Made by a program: the position numbers and the translations under genes | The notes under the pieces: generated by a model | What the model saw: the letters and a program-made list of their open reading frames with translations, nothing else | Database searches by the model: none | What the model was told of the DNA's origin: nothing | Shown: in pieces, positions 9,109-17,890 of the stretch | Layout of the letters: the number at the start of each line of letters is the position of its first letter | Position numbering within the stretch: the first letter of the stretch is position 1 | Origin: Terrimicrobiaceae bacterium | GTDB lineage: Bacteria; Verrucomicrobiota; Verrucomicrobiia; Chthoniobacterales; Terrimicrobiaceae | NCBI GenBank assembly: GCA_044342325.1 | Contig: JBIIPZ010000044.1 | Span: 1-20,731 of the forward strand | Direction: 5' to 3' | Length of the DNA: 20,731 nt

Positions 9109-12100
9109 ATGAATTTCACCGACATCTTCATCCGCAAGCCGGTCCTATCCCTCGTGGTGACCTTCGTCATCCTGGTGGCAGGTTTCCAATCCATCGGCTC
9201 GCTGAATGTTCGCCAATACCCGCGTAGCGAGAATGCCATTGTCACAGTCACCACGGCCTACATTGGAGCCAATGCCAAGCTCGTGCGGGGATTTATCACA
9301 ACGCCACTCGAGCGCGCCATCGCTGCGGCAGACGGCATCGACTACATCGACTCGACGAGTTCGCAGGGCCTCTCGACCATCCAAGCCAGGCTGCGCCTGA
9401 ACTACGATGCCAACAAGGCGCTTGCGGAGATCAGTTCAAAGGTGAACCAAGTCCGTGGCGACCTCCCGCCCGAAGCCGAGGTGCCAGTCATCAATATCGA
9501 AACCGCAGACTCCCGCTTCGCCTCGGCCTATCTGCGCTTCACATCCAGCATCCTCAAGCAAAACGAAATCACCGACTACCTTGTGCGTTCGGTCCAACCG
9601 CGCCTCACCGCCCTCCCCGGCGTGCAGCGTGCTGACATCCTCGGAGCCCGCACCTTCGCCATGCGCATCTGGCTCGACCCCGTTCGCATGGCCTCGCTGG
9701 GCGTGAGTCCCTCGGATGTCCGCAGCGCCCTCGCTGCAAACAACTACCTCTCGGCCGTCGGCCAGACCAAGGGCTCATGGATCCAAGTCGATCTCACGGC
9801 GGATACCAACCTCACCTCAGTCGATGAATTCCGCCGACTCGTGGTGCGCAAGGATGGCGAGCGTTTCATTCGCCTGGAGGATATCGCCAATGTCGTCCTC
9901 GGCGCGGAGGACTACGACACCGAGGTGCGATTCAGCGGCGAGACGGCTGTCTTTATGGGCATCTGGCCACTGCCGAATGCCAACTCGCTGGATGTCATCA
10001 AACGCGTCCGCAGCGAGATGAAAGAAATCGAAAAAGACCTTCCCACCGGCCTTCAGGCAGGCATCGCCTACGACGGCACCGTTTATATCGAAGACGCGAT
10101 CAAGGAGGTCGTGAAGACGCTCGGTGAGACACTCCTCATTGTCGTAGTCGTGATTTTTCTTTTCCTGGGATCCCTGCGGTCCGTGCTGGTGCCCGTGGTG
10201 GCCATTCCCATTTCCCTCATCGGAGCCGTTTTTCTCATGCAGATTTTTGGCTTCACCATCAATTTGCTCACCCTCTTGGCCATCGTGTTGAGCGTGGGAA
10301 TTGTGGTCGATGATGCCATCGTCATGGTGGAAAATGTCGAGCGCCACATGCGCGAGGGGAAGTCGCCCTTTGATGCCGCCATCCTCAGCGCGCGAGAACT
10401 TTTCGGGCCTATCGTGGCCATGACTCTCACCCTAGCTGCCGTCTATGCCCCCATCGGACTGCAAGGAGGCCTCACTGGAACCCTCTTCCGCGAGTTCGCA
10501 TTCACGCTAGCCGGGGCCGTGCTCGTCTCTGGCATCGTAGCGCTCACGCTCTCTCCAATGATGTCCTCCAAGCTCCTCACGCCCCGCTCCGAGGATGCCT
10601 GGCTGCCGCGCCACATCAATGCCACCTTCGAAAGAATCCGCTCCTTCTACGCCCGCATTCTCGATGCGACGCTCAACGCTCGTCCGGCCGTTTACACCGC
10701 CTGGATCATTCTCACACTGGTGACCGTGCTCCTCTACACCCAGTCGCCGAAGGAGCTCGCCCCGAATGAAGATCAAGGCGTCATTTTCGGAATCCTCGAC
10801 ACGCCATCCAATGCCTCCATCGACCAAATGACCGTCCATGCCACCGAGGTGAACAAGGTTTTCCAGAGCTTCCCTGAGACCGCCTACACATTCCAGATCA
10901 CCCAGACATTCGGCGGCTTCTCCGGCATGGGCCTAAAAAGCTGGACCCAGCGCGACCGGACCGTCTTCGACATGACACAAGAGGTTCAAGCAGGCCTCGG
11001 CAAAGTGCCCGGCGTAAGTTCCTTTGCCGTAGTTCCACCTGCCTTACCCGGCGGCGGCGACTTCCCGGTTGAGATCGTCGTGGCATCCACCGCCGATACC
11101 GAGCGCATCCTTGAATTCGTCGAGCAACTCAAGCTCAAGGCCGTAGCCAGTGGCAAATTCGCCTTTCCGCCTATCGTCAGTGTGAAATTTGACAAGCCAC
11201 AGGCCGAGTTCGTCATCGACCGCGACAAGGTCGCCGCCCTCGGACTCGACCTCGCCCAAGTGGGAGCCGACCTCTCCGCCGCCGCCGGCGGGAATTATGT
11301 GAACCGCTTCAACATGGATGGCCGCAGCTACAAGGTCATCCCACAGATCACCCGCCTCGGGCGTCTCAATGAGGACCAACTCCTCGACATCCGCATCCGT
11401 GGCCCCAAAGGCGAACTCATCCCGCTCTCCACCGTCGCCACCGTGAAAAACAAGGTCGAACCCCGCAACCTCCAGCGCTTCCAGCAAATGAACGCCGTCA
11501 AACTCAGCGGCGTCGCCATCGTCCCGCTTGACCAGGCCCTGAAATTCCTCGAAGACGAAGCCGCCAAGATTCTCCCCCGAGGCTACATCCTCGACTACAC
11601 CGGCGAATCCCGCCAGCTCCGCGCCGAAGGCCCTGCAAAGTTCCTGTTCACCTTCGCCCTCGCCATTGTGATGATTTTTCTCGTCCTCTCTGCTCAGTTC
11701 AACAGCTTCCGCGACCCATTCATCATCCTGTTGGGCTCTGTCCCCCTCGCCATGTTCGGCGCCCTTATTTTCACCTTTCTGAAAATGCCCGCACCGGATG
11801 TGCCATTCTGGACCAATGGATGGACGACCACCATGAACATCTACTCGCAAATCGGCCTGGTGACACTCATCGGCCTCATCGCCAAAAACGGCATCCTCAT
11901 CGTGGAATTTGCGAATCACATGCAACGCGAAGGCCACACGAAACTCGAAGCCGTCCGCAGCGCCGCCCTCACCCGCCTTCGCCCCATTCTCATGACCAGC
12001 CTGGCCACCGTGTTCGGCCACTTTCCTCTTATCCTCGTGACCGGCGCCGGAGCCGCCGCCCGCAACTCCATCGGCCTCGTCCTCGTCGGCGGAATGACCA

Positions 12101-12177
12101 TCGGCACCATCTTCACCCTCCTCATCGTCCCCTCCCTCTACATGCTCATAGCTAAAGAGCAGAAAAAATCCGCATAA
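9109..12177 (+). CDS. RND efflux permease (HAE1, MexW/MexI-like)
   Basis: 1022 aa. Motifs FTDIFIRKPVL, GIVVDDAIVMVENVER, KNGILIVEFAN and RLRPILMT. Confidence 0.97.
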   Translation: MNFTDIFIRKPVLSLVVTFVILVAGFQSIGSLNVRQYPRSENAIVTVTTAYIGANAKLVRGFITTPLERAIAAADGIDYIDSTSSQGLSTIQARLRLNYDANKALAEISSKVNQVRGDLPPEAEVPVINIETADSRFASAYLRFTSSILKQNEITDYLVRSVQPRLTALPGVQRADILGARTFAMRIWLDPVRMASLGVSPSDVRSALAANNYLSAVGQTKGSWIQVDLTADTNLTSVDEFRRLVVRKDGERFIRLEDIANVVLGAEDYDTEVRFSGETAVFMGIWPLPNANSLDVIKRVRSEMKEIEKDLPTGLQAGIAYDGTVYIEDAIKEVVKTLGETLLIVVVVIFLFLGSLRSVLVPVVAIPISLIGAVFLMQIFGFTINLLTLLAIVLSVGIVVDDAIVMVENVERHMREGKSPFDAAILSARELFGPIVAMTLTLAAVYAPIGLQGGLTGTLFREFAFTLAGAVLVSGIVALTLSPMMSSKLLTPRSEDAWLPRHINATFERIRSFYARILDATLNARPAVYTAWIILTLVTVLLYTQSPKELAPNEDQGVIFGILDTPSNASIDQMTVHATEVNKVFQSFPETAYTFQITQTFGGFSGMGLKSWTQRDRTVFDMTQEVQAGLGKVPGVSSFAVVPPALPGGGDFPVEIVVASTADTERILEFVEQLKLKAVASGKFAFPPIVSVKFDKPQAEFVIDRDKVAALGLDLAQVGADLSAAAGGNYVNRFNMDGRSYKVIPQITRLGRLNEDQLLDIRIRGPKGELIPLSTVATVKNKVEPRNLQRFQQMNAVKLSGVAIVPLDQALKFLEDEAAKILPRGYILDYTGESRQLRAEGPAKFLFTFALAIVMIFLVLSAQFNSFRDPFIILLGSVPLAMFGALIFTFLKMPAPDVPFWTNGWTTTMNIYSQIGLVTLIGLIAKNGILIVEFANHMQREGHTKLEAVRSAALTRLRPILMTSLATVFGHFPLILVTGAGAAARNSIGLVLVGGMTIGTIFTLLIVPSLYMLIAKEQKKSA

Positions 12178-12217
12178 AACAAACGCAAAGAAGGCTTAAA
12201 ATACGGAAAACACTCCC

Positions 12218-12541
12218 ATGCAGTGGCTCTACCTTTCTATAGCAATCCTTGCCGAAGTCATCGCCACCTCCTCCCTCAAGGCGGCGGAAGGTTTCACACG
12301 CCTCATTCCCTCGTTGATTGTTGTATTCGGATACGGAACAGCATTTTACTTTTTGTCTCTGACCCTCCGCACCATGCAAGTCGGCACGGCTTACGCCATC
12401 TGGTCGGGTGTCGGCACCGTGATCATCAGCATCGTCGCCTGGCTCCTTTACAATCAAAAACTCGACGCCCCAAGTATCCTAGGAATGACGCTAATCATTA
12501 GCGGCGTTGTTATTATAAAATTCCTATCCCCGCAAAGCTGA
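12218..12541 (+). CDS. Small multidrug resistance (SMR) transporter, EmrE/QacE-like
   Basis: 107 aa with four hydrophobic segments. [19 protein letters not shown] carries the conserved TM1 Glu; AYAIWSGVG is also present. Confidence 0.95.
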   Translation: MQWLYLSIAILAEVIATSSLKAAEGFTRLIPSLIVVFGYGTAFYFLSLTLRTMQVGTAYAIWSGVGTVIISIVAWLLYNQKLDAPSILGMTLIISGVVIIKFLSPQS

Positions 12542-12578
12542 GTCTGCCAATCCACGGGAAAAACCGCCCCCCCAGAAC

Positions 12579-12596
12579 GCCGACGTCCCCGTCGGC
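12579..12596. repeat. GC-rich hairpin (REP-like or terminator-like)
   Basis: GCCGACG-TCCC-CGTCGGC, a 7 bp stem between convergent genes. No U-tract. Confidence 0.5.
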
Positions 12597-12656
12597 ACCA
12601 CACCAGCGTCCTAAAAATGATTGGTCTGTTCATGATTTTTCGCGCCCCTTATCATC

Positions 12657-12839
12657 CTATGTGAAACTGCCGCAAGTATCTTCTAGCACCGCAGAGAAAC
12701 TCTGCTTTCGTTTTTTGGCAATGGCATCGATCTTTGCAATGATTGCAGCGGAAAGAAGAACTTGTTTCCTCATCTTTTCAAGTGGCTTGCGCCCAGAACA
12801 CTTGCGGTTTGCTCCCCACACAACCGCTTATTTCTTCAT
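12657..12839 (-). pseudogene. Small ribbon-helix-helix (CopG/Arc-like) DNA-binding protein; TAA at codon 4, or 54 aa if started from GTG 12821
   Basis: Manual translation: MKK*AVVWGANRKCSGRKPLEKMRKQVLLSAAIIAKIDAIAKKRKQSFSAVLEDTCGSFT. It has a WGGxRxGxGRKP-like leader followed by a beta-helix-helix pattern. Confidence 0.6.
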
Positions 12840-12999
12840 TCGTGCAGGATTGTGGTAAAGTGGCGCGGCGGCGAGTTTAGCTACCGCCATTTGCGTCGAA
12901 ATCGGGGCAGGAGTCCGGCGGATTGCTGAATAGGCAAAAAATAGACACAGCCTGAAATTTTTGTTTACTTCTGGCATTTGTTGTGCAAATGGTGTGCCT

Positions 13000-13284
13000 A
13001 TGCAAATGATCGCTTCAAGAGAATTGAGTTCCAAACCGGGCGCGGTTTTGTCCAGGGTGGTCTCGGAGGGAACCATGGTTGTGACGCGGGATGGCCGGCC
13101 GATGGCGATTTTAACGCCGACTTCCCCGGAATCCTTGATGGAGGATTTGAAGGAGATCGCGTTTTCAAAGGCTCGGCGCGCCGTGCGAAACTTGCGGTCC
13201 GGAGCTGGAGAGGCGGGTGTTGATTCGATTTTGGCTGAGGAGATCGAGAAAGAAATCCAAGCAGTGCGGAAAAGCGCGAAATGA
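13000..13284 (+). CDS. Phd/YefM-family antitoxin
   Basis: MQMIASRELSSKPGAVL...VVTRDGRPMAIL matches the Phd N-terminal pattern. ATGA overlap with the PIN gene. Confidence 0.85.
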   Translation: MQMIASRELSSKPGAVLSRVVSEGTMVVTRDGRPMAILTPTSPESLMEDLKEIAFSKARRAVRNLRSGAGEAGVDSILAEEIEKEIQAVRKSAK

Positions 13285-13694
13285 TCTCACGGCGGGATTG
13301 GGTTCTGGATACCAATGTGCTGGTTTCCGGTCTTCTCTCTGCAAAGGGGCCGCCTGGGCGGCTGATTGACGCTATTCTTGCACAAAGGGTGGCCATCGCA
13401 TTCGATGACAGAATCCTGTGCGAATATAGGGAGGTGCTTGCTCGTCCGAGGTTTTCATTCAAAGCGGCCGATGTCGCGGCGTTTTGGGAGATTCTGCCTT
13501 TTCAAACCCACCTTGTGGCGATGCCAATTCAAGGGCTCGAAGCAAGCGATGCCTCGGATACCAAATTTCTCGAGGTAGCCGCTGCGACTGAGTCGAAAAT
13601 TCTCGTGACTGGCAATGAGCGCCACTATCCGGAGAAAACACGGGGAGTGGTCAAGATGCTTTCTCCAAGAGAAGCCTTTGAGCTGGTTGTCTAA
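13281..13694 (+). CDS. PIN-domain (VapC-like, PIN_3 type) toxin
   Basis: VLDTNVLVSGLL, EYREVLARP, D.SDTKFLEVA and LVTGNERHY. Confidence 0.92.
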   Translation: MISRRDWVLDTNVLVSGLLSAKGPPGRLIDAILAQRVAIAFDDRILCEYREVLARPRFSFKAADVAAFWEILPFQTHLVAMPIQGLEASDASDTKFLEVAAATESKILVTGNERHYPEKTRGVVKMLSPREAFELVV

Positions 13695-14803
13695 AGCCAC
13701 AACAGAACAGAGCGGCTCATGCGCTCATCTTCACCAAACCTTCCACCAGGGCTTGTCATCGCTTTTTGCGTCGCCTTGGGCGGTGGGAGCGGCTGTTCCA
13801 GCTCCGCTTGCGTTGAAGGCTATGAGGTTTTCGGTGCTGCGGTCGAGTTTTGCTCGGCCGCTGGTGGCTTTGGTGACTTCTTGGCCGAGGCCGATATTGT
13901 CCAGGCGGGTTTCGACATCCAGGACGCTGATGCCTTGCGAGTCGAACTCGCGGGGCCAGACGGCGCTGATTTTTTTCGTGTCGGCGAAGTCGGTTTGGAT
14001 TTTTTGGAAGTCTTCGGAGCTGATGCTGGAGAACTCCAAGCGTTTGATGGCGCCGAGGTCGGTTTCAGTGACCCAGCGGGCGAGGATTTTGTTGAGAATG
14101 GTTGGCGGGGCTTCGGCGTTTCCATTGGGACGGGCCAGCAAGTCGAGTGCTTCGCGCGCGGCATCTTCCTTGGCAAATGCCGTGCCGCCGACGGAATTTT
14201 TGCCCGAGAGGTTATCCACCGCTATGACTTCGCCCGTGTCGCCGCGCACCGCACGGATTGTGCCTGTGGCAGCGAAACTGTGCTGCGGAGGGCGTCCATG
14301 CAGGGTTTCGCGGCCGAGGTATTTCATCGCTACCTCCCCCTCGATCACGAAGTCCGCACGACTTGCGGGATCGACGACAAAAAATTGCATTCCCTTCGCC
14401 GCATCCTCCAACACATGCTGCAGCGAGTCTTTGCCATCGGATTCCGGCAAGCGCTCGCGAATCCGGATGGCAACGCGCGGCGCTCCCTTGCGTTGCATGA
14501 GCTCCCGCAAAGCCAATATGTTCTTGGCGTCCGGCGTGCCCTTTTCCACGTCCGCCCGAATCTTGACCGTGTAGATTTGATCCTGTCCCAGACGCGAGCT
14601 GATGACCTCGTAACTTTTCACATGCCCGAAGGCTGAACTCAGGATGCGGTCAAAATCCAAAGCGAAATTCGAGACCCCGCTCGATGCGAGCACATCGACA
14701 CCACTTCCCTTGCGCACGGCCTCCCGGAGCGCATCGGCGAGCGCCTGCTCGCGAGCTGTTTTCTGACCCCCGCCGCGCGTCCCTCGGCCTCGACGGTGGC
14801 AGT

Positions 14804-14827
14804 TTGGATTTGACCACCGAGGACACC
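14804..14827. repeat. Direct repeat copy 1 (core GATTTGACCACCGAGGAC), inside the signal-peptide coding region of copy B
   Basis: The 18 bp core at 14807-14824 is identical in all three copies. 21 bp are identical to each of the other two copies. Confidence 0.95.
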
Positions 14828-14834
14828 GAGAACG

Positions 14835-14904
14835 CAACCGAGCGCGAGGTAGAGCAACCGAAGGTTGGCCCGAAGGGCGAGCCGAGCTGGAGCGAGCGAG
14901 TCAA
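14835..14904. mobile_element. 64 bp structured mini-insertion flanked by a 3 bp direct repeat (CAA)
   Basis: CAA at 14835-14837 and 14902-14904. Excision restores MKKLTLHLCVLGVLGGQIQTATVEAEG and an ungapped alignment to 17739-17787. Contains hairpins CAACC-GAA-GGTTG and GCCC-GAA-GGGC. Confidence 0.7.
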
Positions 14905-14923
14905 AGGTGGAGAGTGAGTTTTT

Positions 14924-16309
14924 TCATCGGCTGGGTTTGTCTTGGGACGATGTCTGGTTGGGGGCGGACTGCACGAGTCGAGGAAATTGGCCGACAAAAG
15001 GAAGTGGCAGCGAGACGAGCTTGGAGGTCGCTCCCTCGCCCTCGATGAAGGCCACCGAGGGCTTATCGGTATTAAATCTCAGCGCGGCGGGGGAGTTTTT
15101 TTCACTGAGGAAGAGTTGGAGCGATTTGAGGCGTCCAGTTTTGCCTGACTTCACCTCGATGGGCAGAATCCCACTTCCGAGTTGCGCTAAAAAATCCACC
15201 TCCGCTGTGGAATTCGGGCTCTCACGCGTCCAGTAAAAGGCCTCGGATTTTGTCCATGGATCCCCGCCATGGAGCAGATTTTGGGCGATCGCCTGCTCGC
15301 AGAGTGCACCTCGGTTGACCAAGAAGAGTTCGTCCAGTTTCTCAAGGCTGTCGATTTGCAGACCCAGGGCCCTGTAGGCCAGGCCTACATCGAGGAAGAA
15401 CACCTTGAAGTTGCGGTCATCGGCCTCAGCGGCGAGAGGCACTCCATTTCCATGGCAACGCCGCACCTTGTGAAACACCCTCGCCAAACACAATAAATGC
15501 AAGGCCTCGCCGAGATTCTTCGAGCGCTCGGCGGGGTCCACCTCGCTGAATTTGAACTTGCGCCCCAGCATCGCCGGCACACGGGCAAATAAACGATCCA
15601 TCCGTGGCTTCTGCACCCGCCGGGCGTATTTTTGGAAATCATCTTGATAGGTTGCCAGGATCGACTCCTGCACCCGCGCGCAGTCGCGGTAAGAGCCTGT
15701 TTCGGCAAAAACCGCCACCGCTTCCGGCATTCCGCCGACCACAAGATATTGCCTGAAAGCTGCGAGCAAGTCCTCGTGGAGCGCCTCCGGAAAAGCCTCC
15801 CCCCAGCTCCATCCTGCCATCCAGGAGATCAACCCCGCACGCCCGGTGGCTTGCAGAAATTCCTCGAACACCAGCGGTCCCAGGTGCAAATACTCGATCC
15901 TCCCCACCGGCATCGAGAACGCGTGATCCTCCAAGAGTAAATCCAGCAGCGAGCCTGCAGCCAGGACATGCAGCCCCGGCAATTCCTCATGAAAATAACG
16001 CAACTTCGCGAACACCTCGGGCGCTGCTTGAATCTCATCGAGAAAAAGTAGCGTCTTCCCCTCCACTACCGCCATTCCGTATCTGGCCTCCAACAGCCGC
16101 ACGGTCTCCTTCACCGATGCCCCGGAAAAAAGCCCCGCGAGCGAGGCATCCCGCTCGAAATTCAGCTCCAGGATTCCCTCAAACGCCTCAGCCGCCAAAG
16201 CCCGGGCCAAATGCGATTTACCCACCTGCCGCGCCCCACGCAAAACCAAGGGCTTGCGGCCAGCGCGATTCCGCCATTTCAATAATTCGTCGAGTGCCCT
16301 TCGTTTCAT
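14924..16309 (-). CDS. AAA+ ATPase (AAA_14) with DUF4143 and a C-terminal PD-(D/E)xK-like motif
   Basis: Walker A GARQVGKS, Walker B LLFLDEIQ, YLVVGGMPE and EVDFL...PIEVKSG. Confidence 0.92.
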   Translation of the reverse strand: MKRRALDELLKWRNRAGRKPLVLRGARQVGKSHLARALAAEAFEGILELNFERDASLAGLFSGASVKETVRLLEARYGMAVVEGKTLLFLDEIQAAPEVFAKLRYFHEELPGLHVLAAGSLLDLLLEDHAFSMPVGRIEYLHLGPLVFEEFLQATGRAGLISWMAGWSWGEAFPEALHEDLLAAFRQYLVVGGMPEAVAVFAETGSYRDCARVQESILATYQDDFQKYARRVQKPRMDRLFARVPAMLGRKFKFSEVDPAERSKNLGEALHLLCLARVFHKVRRCHGNGVPLAAEADDRNFKVFFLDVGLAYRALGLQIDSLEKLDELFLVNRGALCEQAIAQNLLHGGDPWTKSEAFYWTRESPNSTAEVDFLAQLGSGILPIEVKSGKTGRLKSLQLFLSEKNSPAALRFNTDKPSVAFIEGEGATSKLVSLPLPFVGQFPRLVQSAPNQTSSQDKPSR

Positions 16310-16379
16310 TTGCGCTATTTTAGCAGGTTATTTTAACATTAAAAAGGTAATTTAGGTAGGTGAAATTTCGTGAATTGCC

Positions 16380-16430
16380 TTGGATTTGACCACCGAGGAC
16401 TGAGAGCGAGAGGTGGTAATTAGCTTTTCG
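16380..16430. repeat. Direct repeat copy 2: decayed duplicate of the copy B 5' end
   Basis: TTGGATTTGACCACCGAGGAC at 16380-16400 is identical to 14804-14824. The minus strand reads LSVLGGQIQG. Gapped similarity continues to ~16430. Confidence 0.9.
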
Positions 16431-16569
16431 ATGTGAGATTGCGTGACATCATGTGAGATTTTTTTAATTCAGATAACGGGCGGAGACATAGTGGTTCAGA
16501 ATGATTTTGCCGCCCTTTGCTTTGAGTGGAATATGCATGATTATATGGATCTGCCAAAAATCTTCTTGC

Positions 16570-16597
16570 TTGACATGAGGGCGACTAAATGTAAAAT
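16570..16597 (+). promoter_or_regulatory. Sigma70-type promoter for the second AAA-DUF4143 gene; transcript probably near-leaderless
   Basis: TTGACA (16570-16575)-16 nt-TAAAAT (16592-16597), 9 nt before ATG 16607. Confidence 0.65.
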
Positions 16598-16606
16598 TCA
16601 CTTGCA

Positions 16607-17737
16607 ATGATTACTCGGCCTATTTGGATTCAGCGTTTGGAGAGGGCATGGCAAGAGGTGCCCTTGGTGTGGCTGGCGGGTGTGCGGCGCGTGGGCAAGA
16701 CTGTTCTGGCCAAGGAATTTGGCGATTCGGAGTTCCTGAACTGCGATTTGCCTGGAGAGGCATGGCGGTTGGAGGATCCCGAGGCGTTTTTCAAGTCTGT
16801 GCGCAAACCGCTGGTGGTTCTCGACGAGGTCCACCAACTGCCCGACCCGAGTCGGATTTTGAAAATTGCGACGGACGCCTTCCCGCATTTGCGCGTGCTG
16901 GCGACTGGATCTTCGACGCTTGCAGCGAGCCGGAAGTTTCGAGACACGCTCACAGGGCGGAAGCGCGTGGTGGCTCTCACTCCTGTGCTGGCCGAGGAAA
17001 TGGAGGCTTTCGGCATCGCGGATATGGAAGCGCGCGTTTTGCGAGGAGGTCTGCCGCCGGCCCTCCTGCGGGATGGCCCGGACTGGGAGTTTTATTCCGA
17101 GTGGCTCGATTCGTATTTCGCGAGGGATGTCCAGGAGCTTTTCCATGTCGGAAAACGGGCCGAGTTTTTGCGGATGGTATCGCTGGTTCTCCGGCAGAGC
17201 GGCGGGTTGCTGGAGATCACGAGCTTGGCGAAGCACACCGGAGCGAGTCGGCCAACCGTGATGACCTGGCTCGATGTGCTGCAAATCACGCAAGTCGCCC
17301 GTCTGGTGCGGCCCTTTTCCGGCGGAGGCCGCCGCGAGATCATTGCGCAGCCGAAGCTCTACGCTTTCGACACGGGATTCGTGTGCCATGCGCGGGGATG
17401 GGACCGATTGAAGCCCGAAGACCTTGGATTTCTTTGGGAGCATTTGGTCTTGGACACGCTTGTGGCTGCACCGGCGCGAGAAATTCTGTTCTGGAGGGAC
17501 AAATCCCAACGCGAAATCGACTTCGTTGTTCCCCGATCGAGAGATGCCGTGGACGCCATCGAATGCAAATGGACTCCCTCGGCGTTCGAACCGGAAAACC
17601 TCTCCGCATTCCGATCCATTTATCCTAGCGGCCGCAATGTTGTTTGCTGTCCGAATCTCGCAAAACCCTATCAGCGACACTTTGGTGATTTGCTCGTCGA
17701 GTTCATGAACGCAAAAGACCTGCGGGTTTTTATTTAA
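16607..17737 (+). CDS. AAA+ ATPase (AAA_14) with DUF4143 and a C-terminal PD-(D/E)xK-like motif
   Basis: Walker A GVRRVGKT, Walker B VVLDEVH, ATGSS, PKLYAFDTG and EIDFVV...AIECKW. Confidence 0.92.
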   Translation: MITRPIWIQRLERAWQEVPLVWLAGVRRVGKTVLAKEFGDSEFLNCDLPGEAWRLEDPEAFFKSVRKPLVVLDEVHQLPDPSRILKIATDAFPHLRVLATGSSTLAASRKFRDTLTGRKRVVALTPVLAEEMEAFGIADMEARVLRGGLPPALLRDGPDWEFYSEWLDSYFARDVQELFHVGKRAEFLRMVSLVLRQSGGLLEITSLAKHTGASRPTVMTWLDVLQITQVARLVRPFSGGGRREIIAQPKLYAFDTGFVCHARGWDRLKPEDLGFLWEHLVLDTLVAAPAREILFWRDKSQREIDFVVPRSRDAVDAIECKWTPSAFEPENLSAFRSIYPSGRNVVCCPNLAKPYQRHFGDLLVEFMNAKDLRVFI

Positions 17738-17738
17738 T

Positions 17739-17787
17739 GATTTGACCACCGAGGACACCAAGAATACGGAGGTTGAGATTCAGTTTC
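17739..17787. repeat. Direct repeat copy 3: decayed duplicate of the copy B 5' end
   Basis: GATTTGACCACCGAGGACACC at 17739-17759 is identical to 14807-14827. It matches the insertion-excised copy B at 40/49 nt without gaps. The minus strand reads KLNLNLRILGVLGGQI. Confidence 0.92.
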
Positions 17788-17861
17788 GAAGAAGACAAAC
17801 GCTTTGCGGCGGGTCTTGGCCGATTTTTCAGGAGTGGTTTTTGTGACGGCGGGAGTCCTTT

Positions 17862-17890
17862 TCAACCCGTGACGGTTTGTCACGGATTGA
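17862..17890. repeat. Inverted repeat with 12 bp arms, 1 mismatch and a 5 nt spacer
   Basis: TCAACCCGTGAC-GGTTT-GTCACGGATTGA. Confidence 0.75.

Larger units (their letters stand above)
13731..14927 (-). pseudogene. Disrupted paralog (copy B) of the secreted FlgT-N/LPP20-like protein
   Basis: Homologous to 17998-19221. The true start ATGAAAAAACTC at 14927 overlaps the upstream TGA. A 67 bp insertion creates TGA at codon 9. One base is missing at the G5 run (14767-14771) between VEAEGRAAG and QKTAREQ. Confidence 0.85.

Noticed and set aside
12218..12541. Class 1 integron qacE cassette
   Set aside because: No intI, sul1 or recognisable attC; it appears to be an ordinary chromosomal SMR gene.
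12975..12991. CATTTG-N5-CAAATG as the TA operator
   Set aside because: The position is plausible, but 6 bp arms are too short to support the call from sequence alone.
13615..14636. Plus-strand ORFs of 319 and 305 aa (also 18020-18957, 11044-12021, 6008-6793 and 4787-5569)
   Set aside because: These are antisense shadows of real genes caused by codon bias.
13731..14837. ORF-track 368 aa protein as an intact gene
   Set aside because: Its N-terminus (MRSRCPRW...) is the wrong-frame reading upstream of the frameshift. The homologous start is at 14927.
16598..17761. Long alternative ORFs (387 aa minus strand, 334 aa plus strand)
   Set aside because: They overlap a well-supported AAA-DUF4143 gene and have no recognisable motifs; typical high-GC shadow frames.
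14804..17787. CRISPR array from the three direct repeats
   Set aside because: The spacers are 1.3-1.6 kb genes, the repeats are not palindromic, and there are no cas genes.
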